NCBI GenBank assembly: GCA_021203765.1
Contig: JAJQAN010000022.1
Location: 1-63,494, forward strand
Direction of reading: 5' to 3'
From: Coriobacteriaceae bacterium
GTDB taxonomy: Bacteria; Actinomycetota; Coriobacteriia; Coriobacteriales; QAMH01
Length of the DNA: 63,494 bases
Numbering within the stretch: position 1 is the stretch's first letter; each line of letters opens with the position of its first letter. The position numbers and the translations under genes are program-made. The notes below the pieces were generated by a model. The model had not been told where the DNA came from. It searched no databases and saw only the letters and a program-made list of their open reading frames with translations. Shown piece by piece: positions 1-9,318 of this stretch.

Positions 1-1
1 G

Positions 2-703
2 GAGCAAAGCGACAAACTGACGGTCACGGCGACCACCTCCGGCACGGTCACCAACCTGCAGGTCGAAAAAGGACTGAACGTGGCAACGGTCAATGCCCAG
101 GGAGCCGCCATGCAGATCGTCGACCTGGATTCGATCGTTGCGATATTCCAGGTCCCCGAGACGGAGATCTACGCCGTCCAGGAAGGCCAGATGGTCAACA
201 TCACGGCAGCCGCCGATGCGTCTTTGAAGGTGACCGGCAACGTTTCGGCCATCGCCGACACCCCGACCGATGTGAACACCCTGCCCGCCAATCTGCAGGA
301 TGCCCTGAACGTATCTGCCGCGCAGGACACGGACGCTGCAGCGGAGGAGGCGGCGGAGGACACCGCAGATGAGGAAGGCGCCGACGAGGACGAGTCCGCG
401 CCGGCTCCCACCTCGACGTTCTATGCGGTCACCGTCTCGCTCACTGTCGACGAGACCACCATGAAAAACGGCATGACGATCGAGGGGGAGATCGTCTTGG
501 AGGATTACGGCAACGTCTTCTTCGTGCCGATTTCCGCGGTCGGCCAAAATGGGCTCGGCTACTTCTACGTGCAGGTACCCGAAGATGACGACACCGTCCG
601 CGACTACGAGGTCATCGTCGTCGGCTCCACCGACGATGAATACATCCTGCGTTCGTCCACCCTCACGACGGGGACCCAAATACTGACAACCTATGGCAGC
701 TGA
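2..703 (+). CDS. Efflux-pump periplasmic adaptor (HlyD/MacA-type membrane fusion protein), C-terminal part; 5' end lies outside the window
   Basis: The frame is open from nt 2 (EQSDKLTVTATTSGTVTNLQVEKGLNV...). The beta-barrel adaptor-like sequence is IVDLDSIVAIFQVPETEIYAVQEGQMV. There is an acidic insert, AAEEAAEDTADEEGADEDE. Stop TGA is at 701-703. Confidence 0.55.
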   Translation, partial: EQSDKLTVTATTSGTVTNLQVEKGLNVATVNAQGAAMQIVDLDSIVAIFQVPETEIYAVQEGQMVNITAAADASLKVTGNVSAIADTPTDVNTLPANLQDALNVSAAQDTDAAAEEAAEDTADEEGADEDESAPAPTSTFYAVTVSLTVDETTMKNGMTIEGEIVLEDYGNVFFVPISAVGQNGLGYFYVQVPEDDDTVRDYEVIVVGSTDDEYILRSSTLTTGTQILTTYGS

Positions 704-3041
704 GCAGACCCCGCACGGTCCGATCCTCGCATTCGACACGGCAAGCGGGACGCTGGCCTGCGCCTGTGGGCTGCTCGATGAGGCTGGCCACCTCGACTCT
801 GTCACAGCCGCCGACACGGTCGCTCCCCGCAAGGCAAACGAGGTCCTCCTGACCCATGCGCTCGACCTGCTCGACGAGGCGAATCTCTCGCTGCACGCGC
901 TCGCGGCCATTCTGGTTGGGCGTGGTCCCGGATCTTTTACGGGGGTGCGTATCGGCGTGGCGACCGCCAAGGGGCTGGCCTGCGGTCTGAAGGTGCCGCT
1001 TTTCGGCGTTTCGACCCTCGATGCCATCGCCTGGCATGCCTGGCGCGAGGGCCTGCGCGGCCACATCGGGGTCGTGGCCGATGCCATGCATCAGGAGGTC
1101 TATCCGGTGCGCTATCGTTTAGACGATGCAAGCGTGCAGCGCCTGGACGCCGATCGGGTGGACAAGCCCGACGAGGTTGCCCGTCGTTGGACGGTGGAAG
1201 AAGAGAACCTGACGCTCCTCGGTGATGGGCTTTCCAAGCATGCGAAAAGTTTCGCTGGCGGGACCTTTTCGCTTGCGGACGAGGATTTGTGGCATCCGAC
1301 GGGAGCGGGCCTGCTCGATGCCTTTGCTGCCGCGGTGCGGGAGGGGGACTACGGCAGTGGGGATCCCGCGACGTTGCTGCCGGTCTACACGCGCCTGTCC
1401 GATGCCGAGGAAAACGAGCGGGCACATCTGGCCGCCGGGACGCCGCTTCCCGCCGACGGGGTCATCGGGCCTGCCAGCGTCGAGGGGCTTTCCTGCCGTC
1501 CGCTTTCCATCAACGACATAGTCGACGTCGTTGCTTTGCAGGAGGCGGCCATGGGTCGTGATGCGTGGAACGCCGGCAAGCTGCAAGATGAGTTGGGGCG
1601 TACGGACCGCAGTTGGTGGGTCGCCCGCAAGAACGGAGACCTGGTCGGCTGTTGCGGCGGACAGGTCGTCGACGGCGAGCTATGCATCTTTACCGTCTGC
1701 GTCGACGAGGCACACCGGCGTGACGGTATCGCCACCGATCTGATGGAACGGGTCGCCCGCGACGGGCAGGCGCTCGGGGCCGAGACCGTCACCTTGGAGG
1801 TGCGTGTCGGCAATGCGGCAGCCATCGGGCTCTATCGCACGCTCGGTCTTGACGAGGTCGGCCCGCGGCCGGGGTACTACTCCGACGGCGAAGACGCGCT
1901 CATCATGCGCGGGCCGCTCCCGCTGCAGTCCTATTCCGCATCCCAGCGGCACCAGGCGCCGGCAGCGGAACAGGACAGTCAGGAAACCGCAGCACATGCC
2001 CAGGATGCCCCATCCGGAAACGAGCCGTACATCCTTGCCATCGAAAGCTCATGTGACGAGACGGCCGCCGCCGTCATCGACGGAAACCGCCAGGTCGTCT
2101 CCTCGGTCGTCGCGTCCCAGGTCGATTTCCATGCCCGCTTCGGGGGCGTCGTACCCGAAATCGCCTCACGCAAGCATATCGAGGCGATCTATCCGACGGT
2201 CCTCGAGGCGATGCAGCGGGCGCGGCTCGACTTCCCGCAGCTTTCCGGCGTCGCCGTCACGCAGGGCCCCGGGCTGGTCGGTGCGCTTGTGGTCGGTATC
2301 GCCTTCGCCAAGGGGCTTTCCGCCGCGACGGATCTGCCCCTCCTGTGCGTCAACCACCTGGAAGGACATCTCTACGCCAACCGTTTTGCGGACCCTGAGC
2401 TGACCCCGCCGTTTGTCGCCTTGTTGGTGAGCGGTGGCAATACGCTGCTCGTCCAGGTGAAGGATTGGGGAGACTACCACATCCTCGGTGCGACGCTCGA
2501 CGATGCGGTCGGCGAGGCCTTCGACAAGGTCGCCAAGGCCCTGGGGCTGGGCTATCCGGGCGGTCCGGTCATCAGCCGCTATGCGGCACGCGGCAATCCC
2601 CGTGCCATCGACTTCCCGCGTGCGATGCTGCACAGCGGAGACCTCGACTGTTCGCTTTCGGGTCTGAAGACGGCGGTCGTCACCTACATCAAACAGATGA
2701 ACGAGGCGGGACGTACGGTCGACATCGCCGACGTTTCCGCGAGTTTCCAGGCGGCCGTCATCGACGTGCAGGTTCAAAAGGCGCTTGCGGCCTGCCGCGA
2801 GGCGGAGGTCTCCACCTTCTGCATCGGAGGAGGGGTCGCCTCCAATCCCGCCCTACGTACCGCCCTGACCGAGGAGCTCGGCGGCCACGGCATCGAGGTG
2901 GTCGCCCCCGACCTGTCCGTCTGCACCGACAATGCCGCCATGATCGCCTCGGTCGGACTCGACTTGTTCCGGGAAGGTAAGACCAGCGATCTTTCCGCCG
3001 ACGCGCTCGCGCGCATGCCGCTCGGACCCTCGAGCAGATAG
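693..3041 (+). CDS. tsaD: Fusion protein TsaB - RimI (GNAT acetyltransferase) - TsaD (t6A37 threonylcarbamoyltransferase)
   Basis: One uninterrupted 782-codon ORF. The N-terminal TsaB-like part reads ILAFDTASGTLACA...GRGPGSFTGVRIG. The central GNAT part reads CIFTVCVDEAHRRDGIATDLMERV...GNAAAIGLYRTLG. The C-terminal Kae1/TsaD part reads ILAIESSCDETAAAVIDG...VNHLEGHL...SGGVASN. The ATG overlaps the upstream stop by 11 nt. Confidence 0.85.
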   Translation: MAAEQTPHGPILAFDTASGTLACACGLLDEAGHLDSVTAADTVAPRKANEVLLTHALDLLDEANLSLHALAAILVGRGPGSFTGVRIGVATAKGLACGLKVPLFGVSTLDAIAWHAWREGLRGHIGVVADAMHQEVYPVRYRLDDASVQRLDADRVDKPDEVARRWTVEEENLTLLGDGLSKHAKSFAGGTFSLADEDLWHPTGAGLLDAFAAAVREGDYGSGDPATLLPVYTRLSDAEENERAHLAAGTPLPADGVIGPASVEGLSCRPLSINDIVDVVALQEAAMGRDAWNAGKLQDELGRTDRSWWVARKNGDLVGCCGGQVVDGELCIFTVCVDEAHRRDGIATDLMERVARDGQALGAETVTLEVRVGNAAAIGLYRTLGLDEVGPRPGYYSDGEDALIMRGPLPLQSYSASQRHQAPAAEQDSQETAAHAQDAPSGNEPYILAIESSCDETAAAVIDGNRQVVSSVVASQVDFHARFGGVVPEIASRKHIEAIYPTVLEAMQRARLDFPQLSGVAVTQGPGLVGALVVGIAFAKGLSAATDLPLLCVNHLEGHLYANRFADPELTPPFVALLVSGGNTLLVQVKDWGDYHILGATLDDAVGEAFDKVAKALGLGYPGGPVISRYAARGNPRAIDFPRAMLHSGDLDCSLSGLKTAVVTYIKQMNEAGRTVDIADVSASFQAAVIDVQVQKALAACREAEVSTFCIGGGVASNPALRTALTEELGGHGIEVVAPDLSVCTDNAAMIASVGLDLFREGKTSDLSADALARMPLGPSSR

Positions 3042-3144
3042 CCGTCGTTGCTGCCTACCGCCTGTCGGAACAGACGGCATATGCCCTTATAAACCCCGCA
3101 GCCTTACAGATGGGTGCGCTATGTTTACGATATGCTTACGAACA

Positions 3145-3174
3145 TTGCCCGCGCGACTGGCGGGCGGCTAGTAT
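3145..3174 (+). promoter_or_regulatory. Candidate sigma-70-type promoter of groES-groEL (TTGCCC-N18-TAGTAT)
   Basis: TTGCCC lies at 3145-3150 and TAGTAT at 3169-3174, about 70 nt upstream of the groES ATG. It is followed by a short inverted repeat, ACCTTA-N7-TAAGGT, at 3192-3210. Confidence 0.3.
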
Positions 3175-3243
3175 TTCTGTCTGTCAAATTTACCTTATAC
3201 GCGGTAAGGTCCTCTTGCCGTCACAAAGGAGAGGAGCTGTAGC

Positions 3244-3534
3244 ATGAATCTGAAGCCACTCGGCGAACGGGTCATCATCAAACAGGATGAGGCAGAAGAG
3301 ACGACCGCCTCGGGCATCATCCTGACCAGCAGCGAACAGGAAAAACCGCAGCGTGGTGTGGTCGTCGCAGCCGGCGAAGGCAAACGCACCAACGACGGCG
3401 ACCTGATTCCCATGCCCGTCAAGGAAGGTGACACCGTCATCTTCGGAAAGTACGGCGGACAGGACATCACGGTCGACGGCGAGGACTACATCATCCTGCG
3501 TGTCGACGACATCTACGCGATCGTCACCAAATAA
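3244..3534 (+). CDS. groES: Co-chaperonin GroES
   Basis: 96 aa. MNLKPLGERVIIK...GIILTSS...KEGDTVIFGKYGG is canonical Cpn10. The RBS GGAGAGGAG lies upstream. Confidence 0.97.
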   Translation: MNLKPLGERVIIKQDEAEETTASGIILTSSEQEKPQRGVVVAAGEGKRTNDGDLIPMPVKEGDTVIFGKYGGQDITVDGEDYIILRVDDIYAIVTK

Positions 3535-3554
3535 AAGGAAAGAGTTGATAGAAC

Positions 3555-5195
3555 ATGCCAAACGCTAAAGATATACTGTTCGATTCCGAGGCCCGCAGCT
3601 CGCTTGCCGCCGGCGCCTCCAAGCTTGCAGACGCCGTCAAGGTCACCTTGGGGCCCAAGGGTCGCTACGTCGCCTGCGAGCGCCAGTATGGCGCCCCGCT
3701 CATCACCAACGACGGTGTGACAGTCGCCAAAGAGGTCGAGCTGGAAGAACCGGTCGAGAACATGGGCGCCCAGCTCATCCGTGAAGCCGCCGTCAAGACG
3801 AACGAAAACGCCGGTGACGGAACGACTACGGCCACCCTGCTCGCCGATGTCATGATCAACGATGGTCTGCGCAACGTCACCGCCGGAGCCAGCCCGCTCG
3901 GCCTCCGTCGTGGCATGGACAAGGCCGTCGACGCCCTCATCGAGGCGATCAAGAAGGACTCCACCAAGGTCAACGACACCGAGCAGATTGCTAACGTCGG
4001 CACCATCTCCGCCGGCGATGCCGAAATCGGCGAGAAGATCGCCGACGCCATGGACAAGGTCGGCAAAGACGGCGTCATCACCGTCGAGGAGTCCAACACC
4101 TTCGGCGTGGACATCGACGTCGTCGAGGGCATGGAGTTCGACAAGGGCTATCTGTCGCCCTACATGGCCACCAACACGGATTCCATGGTCGCCGAACTCT
4201 CCAACCCCTACGTCCTCATCACGGACCAGAAGATCAGCTCCGTGCAGGACATCCTGCCCCTGCTCGAAGAGATCATGCAGTCCAAAAAGCCGCTCCTCAT
4301 CATCGCCGAAGACGTCGACGGCGAAGGCCTGGCCACTCTGCTTCTCAACAACATCCGCGGCATCCTCAACGTCGTCGCCGTCAAGGCCCCGGGCTTCGGC
4401 GACCGTCGCAAGCGCATGCTGGAGGACATCGCAATCCTCACCGGCGGCCAAGCCGCCATGGAAGAACTCGGCATCGGCCTGGGCGACATCACGATGGATA
4501 TGCTCGGTTCCGCCAAGTCCATCAAGGTCTCCAAGGACAGCACGACCATCGTCAACGGCGCCGGCAAGAAGGCCGACATCGACGAGCGCATCGCGCAGAT
4601 CCGCCACGAGATCGACCAGACGACCTCCGATTTCGACATCGAGAAGCTGCAGGAACGTCTCGCCAAGCTCTCTGGCGGCGTCGCCGTCATCAAAGTCGGC
4701 GCGGCCACCGAGGCCGAACTCAAAGAGAAGAAGTCGCGTGTCGACGACGCACTGCAGGCAACCCGTGCGGCGGTCTCCGAAGGCATCGTCGCCGGCGGCG
4801 GCGTGGCGTTGATCGACGCCATGAAGTCGCTCGACAAGGTCAAGGCTGACGATGACGACGAACAGGTCGGTATCAACATCGTTCGCAAGGCCTGCGAGGC
4901 TCCGATGCGTGCCATCGCCGAAAACTCCGGCTTCGAAGGCTCTGTCGTCGTGGACAAGATCAAGGGGTCCAAGACAGGCGAGGGCCTGAACGCGGCCACC
5001 GGCGAATACGGCAACATGATCGAGATGGGTGTCATCGACCCGGTCAAGGTCACGCGCTGCGCCTTGCAGAACGCCGCCTCGGTCGCGGCCATGTTGCTCA
5101 TCACCGACGCGACCATCTCAACCATCCCCTCCGACGGAATCGATCCCGAAGAACTGGCCGCCATGATGCAAGGCGGCGGCGGAGGGATGATGTAA
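3555..5195 (+). CDS. groEL: Chaperonin GroEL
   Basis: 546 aa with [25 protein letters not shown] and the C-terminal GGGGGMM tail. Confidence 0.98.
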   Translation: MPNAKDILFDSEARSSLAAGASKLADAVKVTLGPKGRYVACERQYGAPLITNDGVTVAKEVELEEPVENMGAQLIREAAVKTNENAGDGTTTATLLADVMINDGLRNVTAGASPLGLRRGMDKAVDALIEAIKKDSTKVNDTEQIANVGTISAGDAEIGEKIADAMDKVGKDGVITVEESNTFGVDIDVVEGMEFDKGYLSPYMATNTDSMVAELSNPYVLITDQKISSVQDILPLLEEIMQSKKPLLIIAEDVDGEGLATLLLNNIRGILNVVAVKAPGFGDRRKRMLEDIAILTGGQAAMEELGIGLGDITMDMLGSAKSIKVSKDSTTIVNGAGKKADIDERIAQIRHEIDQTTSDFDIEKLQERLAKLSGGVAVIKVGAATEAELKEKKSRVDDALQATRAAVSEGIVAGGGVALIDAMKSLDKVKADDDDEQVGINIVRKACEAPMRAIAENSGFEGSVVVDKIKGSKTGEGLNAATGEYGNMIEMGVIDPVKVTRCALQNAASVAAMLLITDATISTIPSDGIDPEELAAMMQGGGGGMM

Positions 5196-5283
5196 AACTT
5201 CCCGAAAGGCCTGTACCTCCTTTCTTGAGTCTTGGGCCGCCCCTTTTCCCTCGGGTGAAGGAGCGGACCACGACATCGCTCGG

Positions 5284-5311
5284 GGCCCGGATATCCTAGG
5301 ATGTCCGGGCC
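5284..5311 (+). terminator. Stem-loop downstream of groEL (GGCCCGGA...TCCGGGCC) followed by a T-rich tract
   Basis: An 8-bp GC stem around a palindromic loop, followed by GTTTCCTTTCC, about 90 nt after the groEL stop. Confidence 0.45.
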
Positions 5312-5449
5312 GTTTCCTTTCCGGAAGGGGCCTTTGTTTATTCTTTGTGCCTGTATGCACGAATACGGCATCATGTATACTAAGGACACGTGGAAACGTA
5401 TATGCGATGGGCGGAGGCGCCCCTCGCCTCTCGGATAGGATGAGTCGAC

Positions 5450-5623
5450 GTGGCACAGAAGAAGACAAGCAAGCAGCGTCAGGAAGATGCCGACCTCGAG
5501 GCGTATCTCGAGGCGCAGCGGGTCCGGCGTACCAGCATCCTCAAACGCGTCGGCATCATCATCCTATGTCTTGCCCTCGTCGTCGCGTTCTGCATCCCGG
5601 CCATCTCCTGGTTGATCAGCTGA
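5450..5623 (+). CDS. Small (57 aa) single-pass membrane protein, hypothetical; below the ORF-track length cutoff
   Basis: GTG start. The translation is MAQKKTSKQRQEDADLEAYLEAQRVRRTSILKRVGIIILCLALVVAFCIPAISWLIS. Third codon positions are strongly G/C-biased, like the surrounding genes. A basic N-terminus is followed by one hydrophobic helix. Confidence 0.45.
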   Translation: MAQKKTSKQRQEDADLEAYLEAQRVRRTSILKRVGIIILCLALVVAFCIPAISWLIS

Positions 5624-5644
5624 CGCACATCCCGTATTCATAGC

Positions 5645-6172
5645 GTGCTTTCCGTACAGCACATCACGGTCCGCAACGGGGGGCTCGACCTTTTGGTCGA
5701 AGTTCCGCTTTCCTCCCTGTACGTGGATGAGGCGGTCGCCGGGCGCGTCACGGGGTTGCTGCCCAACATCACCAAACACATCTGCGTGAACGATAACGGT
5801 GAGCGCTTTGGTGACGAGCTCGTCGGCACGGAACTGCCGCACCTGCTCGAACACGTCATCATCGAAATCCAGGGTCAGGCCTATGCAGCTGCAGACGACG
5901 GATCCGATGGTGCGCAGGCCCCCGCGTTCAGCGGGCACACCTCGTGGGCGGCGGAACTCGCCGACACACGTGCACAGGGCATCGCCCAGATGCGCACGAC
6001 GGTCACCTTCCACAACGACCTGGTCGCTTTGGCGGCGGTACAGGAAGCCGTCGGGCTGATCGACTGGGCCTGTTCTGAGAATACGGATGGAGCGGCAGGT
6101 GCTGCGACCGAACCGGCCTCGCCTACACCGGATATACAGGCGACCGTCCAGCGACTTCGCGCTATCATGTAA
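5645..6172 (+). CDS. Hypothetical protein resembling the N-terminal domain of cyanophycin synthetase
   Basis: 175 aa. LLPNITKHICVNDNGERFGDELVGTELPHLLEHVIIEIQ aligns by eye with the CphA N-domain pattern LLPxxxxHxCxxxxxxxFxxxxxGTxxxHxxEHVxxELQ. GTG start with no clear RBS. Confidence 0.55.
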   Translation: MLSVQHITVRNGGLDLLVEVPLSSLYVDEAVAGRVTGLLPNITKHICVNDNGERFGDELVGTELPHLLEHVIIEIQGQAYAAADDGSDGAQAPAFSGHTSWAAELADTRAQGIAQMRTTVTFHNDLVALAAVQEAVGLIDWACSENTDGAAGAATEPASPTPDIQATVQRLRAIM

Positions 6173-6177
6173 CGATC

Positions 6178-7425
6178 ATGGGAGATTCGAGAATCACATT
6201 CGACCGCTGGTCGGGCACGTATGCGGAGCGTGTCGACTCGATGCGTTCGTCCGCGGTGCGCGACCTGTTCGCCGCCGCCAGCCGGAGCGACATCATCTCA
6301 CTTTCCGGCGGCATGCCCGACATCTCGAGCCTCCCGCTCGATGCGGTTGCCGAGGCGGCCGCCGACACCGTCCGGCAAGAGGGCACCCAGGCACTCCAGT
6401 ACGGAGGCACGACCGGCCGTGTCCAGACACGCGAGGTCTGCGCACGTCTGCTGCTCGACTACGACATCCACGTCACGCCCGAAGACATCATCATAACGAC
6501 CGGTGCGCAGCAGGCCCTTGATCTGTTGGGCAAGACCTTCTGCAACCCCGGCGACGTCATCATCACCGAAGGGCCGACCTACCTCGGCGCCCTGCAGGCG
6601 TTTTCCGCCTACGAGCCGGACATCCACTGCATCCCCATGGACGACGGCGGCATGCGCATGGACCTGCTGGAAGAGGAGTTGCAGCAGCTGGGTCACGGCG
6701 GTGCCAAGTTCATCTACACCATCCCCAACTTCCAGAATCCCTCGGGGGTGACGATGACGCTCGAGCGCCGTCGGCGCCTGCTCGAGCTGGCCGACGAATA
6801 CAACATCCCGGTGGTGGAGGACAACCCCTATGGTCGTCTGCGCTTTGCGGGCGAGGATGTGCCGCCGCTGCGGGCGCTTTCCGACGAGGTCATCTACCTC
6901 GGCACGGTCAGCAAGATCTTCGCACCTGGCCTGCGCTGCGGCTGCCTGATCGCACCCGAACACGTCCTCACCAAGATCAACCTGGTCAAGCAGGGGAGCG
7001 ACCTGTGCGGCTCGGCGATGAACCAGGTCATGGTGGAGCACTACTTCAACGACACGCCGTGGCGTGAGACGCTCGAACACAGCAAGCAGCTGTATGCCGA
7101 ACGCTGTCAGGCCATGCTCGATGCCCTCGAGGAGTTCTTCCCGCCCGAGGTTATCTGGACGCACCCGCAGGGCGGCCTGTTCATCTGGATCACCGTCCCC
7201 GAACACATCGACACCGACGAGCTGCTCAACGTCGCGCTCGAGCAGGGCGTGACCTTCGCCCCGGGCAGCGGATTTTATCCCGACGGACGCGGGCACGACT
7301 CCATGCGGGTCGCCTTCTGTTTCGAGGAGCCCGAGCGTCTGCGGGAGGCGGTCAAGCGCTTGGCGCCGGTCATCGAGGAGCGCCTCGAACTGTACCGGGC
7401 CTTTGTCGATGCCGGGGTCATGTAG
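6178..7425 (+). CDS. PLP-dependent aminotransferase, class I/II (2-aminoadipate/aromatic transaminase-like)
   Basis: 415 aa with SLSGGMPD, ITTGAQQALDL, YTIPNFQNPSG and the SKIFAPGLRCG lysine motif. Confidence 0.85.
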   Translation: MGDSRITFDRWSGTYAERVDSMRSSAVRDLFAAASRSDIISLSGGMPDISSLPLDAVAEAAADTVRQEGTQALQYGGTTGRVQTREVCARLLLDYDIHVTPEDIIITTGAQQALDLLGKTFCNPGDVIITEGPTYLGALQAFSAYEPDIHCIPMDDGGMRMDLLEEELQQLGHGGAKFIYTIPNFQNPSGVTMTLERRRRLLELADEYNIPVVEDNPYGRLRFAGEDVPPLRALSDEVIYLGTVSKIFAPGLRCGCLIAPEHVLTKINLVKQGSDLCGSAMNQVMVEHYFNDTPWRETLEHSKQLYAERCQAMLDALEEFFPPEVIWTHPQGGLFIWITVPEHIDTDELLNVALEQGVTFAPGSGFYPDGRGHDSMRVAFCFEEPERLREAVKRLAPVIEERLELYRAFVDAGVM

Positions 7426-7461
7426 GCACGGCCGTACAGGTATAAGCCGGAGGAGAAGACG

Positions 7462-8454
7462 ATGGGATACACGGTTGCGGTTTTGATGGGCGGTACCTCG
7501 CACGAACGCGAGTTCTCGCTGGAGTCGGGACGGCGCGTCTGCACGACGCTCACCGAGGCCGGGCATACGGTCCTGCCGCTCGATACGACTCCCGATCTGG
7601 TCGACGCTCTGCGCAAGGAACGGCCCGATGTGGCTTACAGCGCTCTGCACGGCAAGGTCGGCGAAGACGGCACCATCCAAGCGTTGATGGACCTGCTCGA
7701 CATCCCGCTCGTCGGCTGCCCGGTGAGCGTCTGTCGTCGGGCGTGGAACAAGTCGACGATACACGAGACGCTGCGCCGTTGGCGTGGCGGGCAGCCGGGC
7801 GATGCCGACTGGCCGACGGGCCTGTGTCTGTCGGAGGCGGCGTTCAAGGACATGGGAGCGGCAAACGCGCTCGACCTGGTGACCGAGCGCATCCCCGCTG
7901 GGTATCCGTTGGCGGTCAAGCCGGCATGCGGCGGCTCGGCCATGGGCGTCTCCAAGGTCGACTGCGTCGAAGACCTGCCCAAGGCGCTGCTCAAGGCGTT
8001 CAGCTTCGATTCCGAGGCGGTCATCGAGGAATGGGTCGACGGCGTCGAGTTGGCGGTCGGTGTGTTGGGGGAGGGAGAAAGCGCCTACGCACTGCCCCCG
8101 GTCGAGATCGTGCCGACCGAAGGCCTCTACGACACGGAAGCGCGTATGGAGGACGAGCGTGTCGATTACTTCGCGCCGGTCCGTCCCGAGTCGCTTTCTG
8201 CCGATGAGACGAGCGCCCAGGCAATCCGCAGCGAAATTGAACGCGCCGCGCTCGAGGTCTACCAGGCTTACGGCTGCCGTGACCTGGCACGAGTCGACAT
8301 CATCTGGGACGGCGGCACCGCCCGCGTCCTCGAAATCGACACCTCGCCGGGCATGACGCCGCTGTCACTGTTCCCCATGGCCTGTCAGGCGGCAGGTTTG
8401 GATCTGAAGGATGTCCTCGACGAACTGCTCGAGCAGGCGATCACCCGTCGTTGA
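7462..8454 (+). CDS. ddl: D-alanine--D-alanine ligase
   Basis: 330 aa. VAVLMGGTSHEREFSLESG, ALHGKVGEDGTIQALMDLLDIP and an ATP-grasp core. Confidence 0.9.
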   Translation: MGYTVAVLMGGTSHEREFSLESGRRVCTTLTEAGHTVLPLDTTPDLVDALRKERPDVAYSALHGKVGEDGTIQALMDLLDIPLVGCPVSVCRRAWNKSTIHETLRRWRGGQPGDADWPTGLCLSEAAFKDMGAANALDLVTERIPAGYPLAVKPACGGSAMGVSKVDCVEDLPKALLKAFSFDSEAVIEEWVDGVELAVGVLGEGESAYALPPVEIVPTEGLYDTEARMEDERVDYFAPVRPESLSADETSAQAIRSEIERAALEVYQAYGCRDLARVDIIWDGGTARVLEIDTSPGMTPLSLFPMACQAAGLDLKDVLDELLEQAITRR

Positions 8455-8499
8455 TGCTGCATGCCGTTCAGCACGCAGGATCCGTACGAAAACCGGGAT

Positions 8500-8916
8500 C
8501 TATTCTTCTTCAGGGGATTCGGCGCGTTGCCGTTTTAACTCTTCCTTGAGCCAGGTGCGCCATTTTTTTGCGGTCTCGTCGCTGATGATGTGCTCGATCA
8601 GGCAGCCTTCCTCGGCGGCGACATCTTCGTCCACGCCGAGCACATCGCGCAAAAACGAGCCGAGCATGCGATGATTTGAAAGCAGGATCTTGCCGTAGGC
8701 CTTGCCCTTGTCCGTCAGGGTGATTTCGCCGTAGCGTTCCTGGTTGATATAGCCGTTTTCGCGGAGGTTTTTGACGGCACGTGCGACCGAAGCCTTGGTG
8801 ACTCCCCGGTCGTTCGCTATATCGACCGAGTGCACCCCCGAGCCCGTTCGTTCGGCGATTTCGTAGATGGTCTCGAGGTAGTCTTCGTAGGATTTGGTCA
8901 GATGCTCGTCAAGCAT
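8500..8916 (-). CDS. DtxR/MntR-family metal-dependent transcriptional regulator
   Basis: MLDEHLTKSYEDYLETIYEI...ANDRGVTKASVARAVKNLRENGYI. I chose the ATG at 8916 (RBS AGGGAG 4 nt upstream) over the GTG at 8931. Confidence 0.85.
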   Translation of the reverse strand: MLDEHLTKSYEDYLETIYEIAERTGSGVHSVDIANDRGVTKASVARAVKNLRENGYINQERYGEITLTDKGKAYGKILLSNHRMLGSFLRDVLGVDEDVAAEEGCLIEHIISDETAKKWRTWLKEELKRQRAESPEEE

Positions 8917-9055
8917 GCCGCTCCCTATCACGAGAGAATAGCTTCGACGCTTATTTTAACGCTTGTGTATGAGCGGAAAGAAAACGATATTTAAACGCTT
9001 GAAGGCGCTCGGCCCGAGGATGCGGGCCGCAGATATCCGAATGTCACCACGGCGT

Positions 9056-9274
9056 TTACCGGCAGCCGCTGCAGCCGTTGCAACCGCTGCAGCCATAGGT
9101 TTGGGCGTGGGGACAGGAGGCGGGATCCACCTCGTCATCGGACTGGGCATCCTGCTGTTCGGGGCAAGCTCCGCAGTCGCAGCTGCTGTGCCCCTTTCTG
9201 ATGAACGTGACATAGACGGCAAAGGCCATCCAGGCAGCGATGACGAGCAGCACGATGATGGTTGCGATGTTCAT
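9056..9274 (-). CDS. Small Cys-rich membrane protein (FeoB-associated Cys-rich family-like)
   Basis: MNIATIIVLLVIAAWMAFAVYVTFIRKGHSSCDCGACPEQ...GCSGCNGCSGCR. One TM helix is followed by a cysteine-rich tail. RBS GGGGGTG precedes the ATG at 9274. Confidence 0.65.
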   Translation of the reverse strand: MNIATIIVLLVIAAWMAFAVYVTFIRKGHSSCDCGACPEQQDAQSDDEVDPASCPHAQTYGCSGCNGCSGCR

Positions 9275-9318
9275 GCTGTCACCCCCTGGATTGTTGGCCG
9301 TATGCCTTGCGAACAGAA

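Noticed and set aside
3042-3243. A search for a CIRCE (TTAGCACTC-N9-GAGTGCTAA) or HAIR (CTTGAGT-N7-ACTCAAG) heat-shock operator upstream of groES.
   Set aside because: Neither consensus is present. The only feature is a short ACCTTA-N7-TAAGGT inverted repeat (3192-3210), too short and unlike either element to call.
5347-5643. A 98-aa ORF in the groEL downstream region.
   Set aside because: The translation is Arg/Pro/His-rich and codon bias is poor. A different frame in the same region (5450-5623) gives a much more gene-like small membrane protein.
6298-7764. A 488-aa minus-strand ORF opposite the aminotransferase and ddl genes. Similar long antisense ORFs lie at 3513-4607, 41082-42113, 43557-44909, 47303-48361, 56998-58272 and 61456-62583.
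   Set aside because: All lie opposite well-supported genes, cross gene boundaries of the sense strand and have Arg/Gly/Ala-dominated composition. They are treated as GC-driven open frames, not genes.
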